A DNA stretch of 54,179 nt, taken from NCBI GenBank assembly GCA_030740155.1, contig JASLXV010000050.1, forward strand, positions 1 to 54,179, in the 5' to 3' direction. Made by a program: the position numbers and the translations under genes. Position 1 is the stretch's first letter. Every line of letters starts with the position of its first letter. Below are positions 48,323 to 54,179 of this stretch, piece after piece. This DNA comes from Dehalococcoidia bacterium (GTDB taxonomy: Bacteria; Chloroflexota; Dehalococcoidia; Lucifugimonadales; UBA3495). The notes under the pieces were generated by a model. That model ran no database searches and was not told the origin of the DNA. It saw nothing but the letters and a program-made list of their open reading frames with translations.

Positions 48323-49543
48323 ATGGCGCTTGACTTTCTCGAAGGGATCAACGTCTTGGATTTGGGGCAGGGAATCAGCGGGCCTTTCTGCGCAAAGCTG
48401 CTCGCCGACCTGGGCGCCAGGGTGGTCAAGGTGGAGCCGCCGGTCGGAGACTCATCCCGAGGTGTGGGACCCTTCCCCGGCGACCTACCCGACGCTGAGA
48501 AGAGCGGCACCTATCTGTCCATGAACACCAACAAGCTGGGGATCACCCTGAACGTGGAGACCGCCGGCGGCCGGGAGCTTTTGCTGCAACTGGTTGATGG
48601 AGCCGACATACTGATCGAAAACTACCCGGCCTCATACCTGCCGGGGATTGGCCTGGACTTTGCCACCCTCCACACCCGGAACCCCGAGTTGGTGATGACC
48701 TCCATCACCCCCTTTGGGCTGACGGGCCCCTGGGCCAACTACCAGGCCGACAATCTGATCATATGCAATGTCAGCGGCCATTCCCGGGAACACCCGGGCC
48801 CGGTGGAAGACCTGGAAACGCAACCACCCCTGCAACTGGCGGCTCACCAGGCTGATTTTGTCGCCGGCCTGGCTGGGGCCACCGCCACGATGCTGGCCTT
48901 CAACCGGCGCCGCCTTGACGGCGTCGGCAGCCACGTCGACGTATCGGGGATGGAGGCCTTGGCTCTGCTGCCCCAGACCACTCTGGCCCAATTCGCGCTG
49001 GGCCAAGAAGCCCGCGGCCAGCACCGGGATGAGCCGACCCGCCTGGCCCTGCTGGCCCTGCTTCCCTGCCAGGACGGTTACGTGGGCGTTTCACCCCGCC
49101 AGCAGGACCAATGGGATAATTTTGTGACCCTCCTGGGCAACCCCGAATGGGCGGCGGACCCCAAGTTTGCCACCCGGGACTCCCGTTTGGCCAACTGGAA
49201 CGAGCTGGAGCCTCGGCTGATTGCCTGGTCATCCGGATTCAAGAAGGACGATATATACCGCCAGGCCCAAGCTCACCACGTTCCTTCCTTCCCGTTGAAT
49301 ACCGCCGCCGACCTTTTCAAGTCGGCCCAATTCGAAGCGCGGGAGTTCTTCCACGAGGTGGAGCACCCCGCGGCCGGGACGCAGCGTTATCCCGGCGTCC
49401 CCATCCAGTTGGCGTCCGGCAAGAAGCTGGAGTTGACTCCCGCCCCATTGTTGAGCCAGGACACCCAGGCCATCCTGGGAGACGGCGGCCTGGGGCTGAG
49501 CCGGGAAGAGATAGCCGCGCTACGAGTCGCCGGCACGATCTGA
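48323..49543 (+). CDS. CaiB/BaiF family III CoA-transferase
   Basis: LEGINVLDL, GPFCAKLLADLGARVVKVEPP, NTNKLGITLN, ADILIEN, SITPFG, conserved Asp (QADFVAG). Confidence 0.92.
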   Translation: MALDFLEGINVLDLGQGISGPFCAKLLADLGARVVKVEPPVGDSSRGVGPFPGDLPDAEKSGTYLSMNTNKLGITLNVETAGGRELLLQLVDGADILIENYPASYLPGIGLDFATLHTRNPELVMTSITPFGLTGPWANYQADNLIICNVSGHSREHPGPVEDLETQPPLQLAAHQADFVAGLAGATATMLAFNRRRLDGVGSHVDVSGMEALALLPQTTLAQFALGQEARGQHRDEPTRLALLALLPCQDGYVGVSPRQQDQWDNFVTLLGNPEWAADPKFATRDSRLANWNELEPRLIAWSSGFKKDDIYRQAQAHHVPSFPLNTAADLFKSAQFEAREFFHEVEHPAAGTQRYPGVPIQLASGKKLELTPAPLLSQDTQAILGDGGLGLSREEIAALRVAGTI

Positions 49544-49566
49544 AGAATGCGAAGGGGGTGAGCCCA

Positions 49567-50205
49567 GTGAGGATAGACCCGCAGAATTTCGAAGGCTTCA
49601 ACCGCGTGCTGACCGCGGTGGTGGTCCCGCGTCCCATCGCCTTCGTCTCCACCATATCCACCGACGGATTCGTCAACGTCGCGCCCTACTCCTTTTTCAA
49701 TGTGATGTCTTACAATCCGGCGACCGTGGTCTTCTCTTCCTCCCGCCACACTGGAGGAGGACGAGGGAAACGTAAGGACACGCTGGCGAACATCGAAGAA
49801 ACCGGGGAGTTCGTCGTCAACATAGTGGTCGACGACATCGCTGAAGCCATGAACCTGACCGCCGCCGAGTACCCCACCGAGGCCAACGAGTTTGAAATCG
49901 CCGGATTGACTCCGGCGCCATCGGAGTTGGTAGCCCCACCCCGCGTGGCCGAGTCGCCGGTGAACATGGAATGCCGGCTGAAGCAGGTGATTTCCCTGGG
50001 AATCGGGAAGGGCCGGCACGGCCTGGTCATCGGCGAAATCGTACTGATGCACGTCCGCGACGACCTGATAGACGGGCACCGCATCAACCACCAGAAGCTC
50101 CGGCCCACGGGCCGCTTGGCCGGAAATATGTATTGTCACACCGTCGATACCTTCGAGCTGGTCCGTCCCAATTACAAAGAGGGAGAAAGCCCGCAAATAG
50201 GCTGA
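49567..50205 (+). CDS. Flavin reductase-like FMN-binding protein
   Basis: VVPRPIAFVST, NVAPYSFFN, KDTLANIEETGEFVVN, PRVAESPVNMEC, GRLAG. Confidence 0.9.
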   Translation: MRIDPQNFEGFNRVLTAVVVPRPIAFVSTISTDGFVNVAPYSFFNVMSYNPATVVFSSSRHTGGGRGKRKDTLANIEETGEFVVNIVVDDIAEAMNLTAAEYPTEANEFEIAGLTPAPSELVAPPRVAESPVNMECRLKQVISLGIGKGRHGLVIGEIVLMHVRDDLIDGHRINHQKLRPTGRLAGNMYCHTVDTFELVRPNYKEGESPQIG

Positions 50206-50334
50206 CCCCAGAGTCCCCAGGAATCGCGAGACCGGCAACATGGGCTCGCGGCCCGCTTGTTTCCAACCCGGGCGCCACCTTTTTCCCGAGGAGCCGGGAA
50301 TGGGCAAGCCCTAGGAAAAGGAGCGTTCAACCTC

Positions 50335-51507
50335 ATGCGCCAACTGCCTCTGGAGGGAGTAAGGGTTACCGACCTTAGCTGGCAAATTGCCGGCCCCACC
50401 TGCAACCGCTACCTGGGGATGATGGGAGCGGAGGTAATCCGCATCGAAAGCAACAAGCGCCCGGACCCCTACAGGGAGCGGGTCATCAACAATTTCATCA
50501 ACCAGTCGAAGAAAAGCATCACGCTGAACCTGGGGCACCCCAAGGGTACAGACCTCGTCCGGAGGCTGGCCGGCCTGAGCGACATTGTGATGGAGAACTT
50601 CGCCTGCGGTGTCATCGAGCGCCTGGGGCTGGGCTATGACGAGTTGCGCCGGGCCAACCCGGACATCATCATGCTCTCTTCGGCCGGCCTGGGCCACTCC
50701 GGCCCAGACATGAAGCAGGTGGCCTACGGCACCCTGATCCAGTGTTTCACCGGCTGGAGTTCCCTGCAGGGCTATCCCGACGGGGGCCCGGAGATAGGCG
50801 GCATCTGGACCGACCCGGTGGTGGGAATGCTGGAGGTATTCCTGATTAACGCCGCCCTCCACCGCAAGTGGCAGCAGGGGGAAGGTCAATATATCGACCT
50901 CTCCATGGCCGAGGCCACCACCATGCTGCTTCCTGAAGCCATCCTGGATTACTCGATGAACGGCCGGATCCAGGAGCCGCGAGGCAACCGGCACCAGGCC
51001 CACGCCCCCCACGGCAACTATCCCTGCCTCGGCTACGACCGCTGGATCGGAATCGCCGTGACCGGTGATTCCCAGTGGGAGGCCCTGTGCCGGGCCCTCG
51101 GCTGCGTGGAATTGCTGGAGGACTCCCGGTTCTCCGACGCCATGGCCCGCTGGAAGAACCAGGATGCTCTGGACCGGGCCCTGGCCGCCAAAACGAGGGA
51201 TCATGACGCCGATGAGCTGACGGCCAAGCTGCAAGAGGCCGGGGTGCCCGCGGGGCCAACACTGGCCGTCGACCAACTCTGGACCAACACCCATCTCCGG
51301 GAGCGAGGCTTCTTCCAGAGCTACGAGACTGAGGATGGAACGATCCGGGATATCCCCGGCGTACCCTGGCGGTTCGACGGCGCCGCCGACGCCAATATGA
51401 CTCCTCCGCCCCTTCGGGGCCAGCACAACGCGTACGTCTTCGAGGACCTGCTGGGTCTGTCCAAGCCGGAGATCGAGGCCCTGGTCGAAGAGCAGGTAAT
51501 CTACTGA
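50335..51507 (+). CDS. CaiB/BaiF family III CoA-transferase
   Basis: PLEGVRVTDL, AGP, GAEVIRIE, KKSITLNL, DIVMENF, WTDP, GQYIDLSM. AAGGAG RBS. Confidence 0.92.
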   Translation: MRQLPLEGVRVTDLSWQIAGPTCNRYLGMMGAEVIRIESNKRPDPYRERVINNFINQSKKSITLNLGHPKGTDLVRRLAGLSDIVMENFACGVIERLGLGYDELRRANPDIIMLSSAGLGHSGPDMKQVAYGTLIQCFTGWSSLQGYPDGGPEIGGIWTDPVVGMLEVFLINAALHRKWQQGEGQYIDLSMAEATTMLLPEAILDYSMNGRIQEPRGNRHQAHAPHGNYPCLGYDRWIGIAVTGDSQWEALCRALGCVELLEDSRFSDAMARWKNQDALDRALAAKTRDHDADELTAKLQEAGVPAGPTLAVDQLWTNTHLRERGFFQSYETEDGTIRDIPGVPWRFDGAADANMTPPPLRGQHNAYVFEDLLGLSKPEIEALVEEQVIY

Positions 51508-51522
51508 TACCGGGTCCGCCCG

Positions 51523-51551
51523 TTACCGTGGTTCGGAAAAGAGACTATAAT
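51523..51551 (+). promoter_or_regulatory. Possible promoter for UGSC copy 3
   Basis: TTACCG-N17-TATAAT, 46 nt before the ATG at 51598. Confidence 0.45.
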
Positions 51552-51597
51552 CAATCCATGCCATCATGGGGTGACCACCACGACAGGAGTTCGAAAC

Positions 51598-52152
51598 ATG
51601 ACGAGTAAGATTTCGATACTGAGCCCAGCCGCCGAGGCCTGGCGTCCCGTTGAGGCCACCGTTCCTCGCATCGATGACCTGAAGGGCGCCACCGTTGCCA
51701 TCTTGAACAACCGGTGGACCAGCATGGACATCATCTCAGAGCAGATCGCCATCATCCTCAAGGAGCAGTACGGCGTGGCCGATGTGTTCGAGTTGGGGAT
51801 ACCCACGTCCTCCAAGGCGTCCCGGGAGACCTTCGAAGAAGTCTTGTCCCGGGCGCAGATGGCCGTGGTGGGCCTGGCCAATTGAGGGTCCTGCACCGCG
51901 TGGAGTGTCCACGACAGCGTTGAACTGGTGAAAGAGGGAGTGCCCTCGGTGGTTTTGGTTACCGAGCGGTTTGTCCCCCTCGCCAAAGCATCCATGAAGG
52001 GCAACGGCGTGCCCGACGCGCCGATGGTGGTGCTGCCGAAGACCGAACTCACCGAGTACGTCCCGCCGGAGACCGTCCGGGTGGTGGCGCGGGAGACCGT
52101 TGCCCAGATAATCGCCCAGCTGAGCACCGCCGCCGCGCCAAACGGCCCGTAG
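51598..52152 (+). CDS. UGSC-family selenoprotein, copy 3 (TGA = Sec at 51883-51885, 184 aa)
   Basis: AGGAG RBS. ORFs 51571-51885 and 51928-52152 are in the same frame and are joined as VGLAN-U-GSCTAWSVHDSVELVKEGVP. Confidence 0.9.
51899..51913 (+). promoter_or_regulatory. Candidate SECIS apical hairpin
   Basis: CGTGGA-[GTG]-TCCACG beginning 13 nt after the UGA, the same offset as in copy 2. Confidence 0.6.
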
Positions 52153-52185
52153 CGGACTACCCGAGCCCAACCCAAGGAGCGATGC

Positions 52186-53235
52186 TTGGCCCAAGCACGA
52201 GACCTCACATCATCCAGCCTTCCGGCGGACGACTCTCCCGAGTCGGTGTTCCAGCTGATGTTGGACCAGGACTGGTCCGACGGCTTGCCGGTAATTCCGC
52301 CCACCCCGGACCGGGTCCACTCCATGGTGGAGGGAAGCCGCCGGGACCCTTCTCACCTGGTGGGTTACATCAACCCCGAGGGGGGCGCCGCCACCGTGGA
52401 GAAGATCGCGGTCAACGCGGTGATGGCCGGGTGCTTGCCCGAGTACATGCCGGTGCTCATCGCCGCCGTGCAGGCCATAACCGAGCCGGGGTTCAACATC
52501 CACGGTATCCAGACCACCACCAACCCAGTGGCCCCCGCCCTCATCATCAACGGCCCGATCCGCAATCAGCTAGGCGTCAACAGCGGCCGCGGCTGTCTGG
52601 GCCCCGGCTGGCGGGCCAACGCCACCATCGGGCGGGCCCTGCGGTTTCTGCTCATCAACGTGGGGAACGCCAAGCCCCTGACCACCGACATGGCGATCCA
52701 CGGGATGCCCGGCAAGTACACCTTCTGCTTCGGCGAGAACGAGGAAGAGAGCGTCTGGGACCCGCTTCAAGTGGAGCGCGGCCTGGCCCCGGACCAGAGC
52801 GCCGTCACCGTGGTCGGCTCCCAGGGCACCAGCAACTGTCTCACCCTCTACAAAGAGGCGGAAAGCATCCTCACGGTGATCGCCAGCGCCATGGCCGATT
52901 TCAGTGACAACAACTACCTGCTGGGCGGAGGTAATCCGATGCTGGTGTTGAGTCCGGGACACTCCCGGGTGCTCACCGAGCAGGGCTTCACCAAGCAGGC
53001 GGTCAAAGAATGGCTCTTCGAGCACTGCAAGATTCCCTTGGACCGGATCCCCCAGGAGACCTCGATCGTCCACTACGAGAAGGAGTTCGTCAGGGATGGT
53101 GATTTGGTCTGTCTCTGCCGCAGCCCCGAGGACATCGTGGTGGTGGTCGCCGGTGGCCCGGAGCCGTACCACGCCACCTACTGCGCCAGCTTCGGCGACA
53201 CCCAGGCCGCGACCAAACTGGTGGCGACGGACTAG
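52186..53235 (+). CDS. Uncharacterised UGSC-partner protein, copy 3
   Basis: WSDGLPVIPPT, EKIAVNAVMAGCLPEY, QTTT, GCLGPGWRANATIGRA, YTFCFGEN, DIVVVVAGG. AAGGAG RBS and TTG start. Confidence 0.9.
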   Translation: MAQARDLTSSSLPADDSPESVFQLMLDQDWSDGLPVIPPTPDRVHSMVEGSRRDPSHLVGYINPEGGAATVEKIAVNAVMAGCLPEYMPVLIAAVQAITEPGFNIHGIQTTTNPVAPALIINGPIRNQLGVNSGRGCLGPGWRANATIGRALRFLLINVGNAKPLTTDMAIHGMPGKYTFCFGENEEESVWDPLQVERGLAPDQSAVTVVGSQGTSNCLTLYKEAESILTVIASAMADFSDNNYLLGGGNPMLVLSPGHSRVLTEQGFTKQAVKEWLFEHCKIPLDRIPQETSIVHYEKEFVRDGDLVCLCRSPEDIVVVVAGGPEPYHATYCASFGDTQAATKLVATD

Positions 53236-53266
53236 CACTTCCTCTCGAAAACCGGCGTCGCGAATA

Positions 53267-53329
53267 CCGTTCGTGGTGAGCCTGTCGAACCACTGGCCCC
53301 GAGCCCTTGGACAAGCTCAAAGTGAACGG
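53267..53329. repeat. Dispersed palindromic repeat
   Basis: CCGTTCGTGGTGAGCCTGTCGAA...TTGGACAAGCTCAAAGTGAACGG imperfect inverted arms between convergent genes. Confidence 0.7.
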
Positions 53330-53489
53330 ACTATCATAACGGCATTTTTCGATGTTGGGTACCAGAGCCCCGGCCTTCGTCGCAGCCTCCCCGGTCCCGC
53401 CGGCGATACGTCCTCGTCCCGCAATGAAAAACCCCGATGGGCCACACCCAGCGGGGCGAAATTATCGGGTCCGGAATACGGGCTGCCGG

Positions 53490-53975
53490 TCAGTAATTCG
53501 GCGGATTGTCCCGATCTTCTTCCACGATACCCTCGACGATACCCTCCGCGATTTCCCCGCCCTCGCCTGTGCCATTGTATTCCCGCATGGCCTCGTCCAG
53601 CCGGTCGCGAAACTCCTCGGGTTGGCGGGCCAGTATCATCATCCGCTTGCCAGAGACTAGGCGTACCCGCAGACGCTCGCCCAGCGGAGTGACCAGCAAC
53701 TCGGGGTGAGATATCTGATCAAACGTGAGCACCTTGATCCGGGGCCGGCCGTAGGCGACCACCAGGGCATTGGTAAAAATGAGGTACTGCTTTGGGGTGG
53801 TGAACCAACTGTAAGCCGCAACCCCCAGGCCGAGGATCAACATAAGGGGGTCCAGCCCGGCTAGCAAGCCCATGGCGGCGATGCACAAAGCGAACAGGAA
53901 CGTCAGATTGTATCGAGCCCGATATCTGTCCCAGTAAAGTGGCTGGATTTGCTGCGGCTGCTCCACGGGTTCCAT
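53490..53975 (-). CDS. Hypothetical membrane protein (2 TM plus PH-like domain, acidic tail)
   Basis: Two hydrophobic segments then a beta-rich region. Start set at ATG 53975. Confidence 0.7.
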   Translation of the reverse strand: MEPVEQPQQIQPLYWDRYRARYNLTFLFALCIAAMGLLAGLDPLMLILGLGVAAYSWFTTPKQYLIFTNALVVAYGRPRIKVLTFDQISHPELLVTPLGERLRVRLVSGKRMMILARQPEEFRDRLDEAMREYNGTGEGGEIAEGIVEGIVEEDRDNPPNY

Positions 53976-54120
53976 TCTAGCACACGTCTTGGAAAAAAAT
54001 AACTGGCTTTGCCGAAGATTCTGCCCAACTTCAGTGACCCAAACAAGACCGGGCGCGCTGCAACAGGTAAGAGCGTCCGCGGTTTCAAGCACGGCGACGC
54101 GCCGCCACGACGTTGATAAT

Positions 54121-54179
54121 TGGTCGGGGCGGCCAGATTCGAACTGGCGGCCCCCTACACCCCATGCAGGTGCGCTACC
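54121..54179 (-). tRNA. tRNA-Pro(GGG), 5' part outside the window
   Basis: Reverse complement GGTAGCGCA-CCTGC-AT-GGG-GT-GTAGG-GGGCC-GCCAG-TTCGAAT-CTGGC-CGCCCCG-ACCA: anticodon arm, T arm and encoded CCA. Confidence 0.93.

Overview
GC-rich bacterial chromosomal segment, most likely Chloroflexota/Dehalococcoidia (SAR202-like; inferred from gene content and protein style, not from a search). Housekeeping genes (moaDE, radA, clpC, guaB3-type IMPDH, dnaE, ogt, MoxR-DUF58-transglutaminase, a stand-alone 5S rRNA with its own promoter, a partial tRNA-Pro) alternate with paralog-rich catabolic genes (amidohydrolase, SDR, hydantoinase A/B, two CaiB CoA-transferases, two split TPP decarboxylases). The main finding is hidden from the ORF track: three paralogous genes (11479-12000 -, 20813-21355 +, 51598-52152 +) each read through an in-frame TGA in a U-G-S-C-T motif. 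All three share the identical 15-nt context TTGAGGGTCCTGCAC, and two have a clear SECIS-like hairpin. They are probable UGSC-family selenoproteins, and each is paired with a paralog of the same uncharacterised ~350-aa 'W[TS]DGLPVxPPT' protein. This suggests a repeated two-subunit Sec-dependent enzyme module whose Sec region resembles the GrdB/PrdB reductase selenoproteins. Other notable features are a 2-aminoethylphosphonate biosynthesis operon with a methyltransferase, a CetZ-like tubulin/FtsZ-superfamily gene next to a membrane-anchored protein gene, a MITE carrying REP-like units, and several decaying genes. No CRISPR array or transposase was seen.
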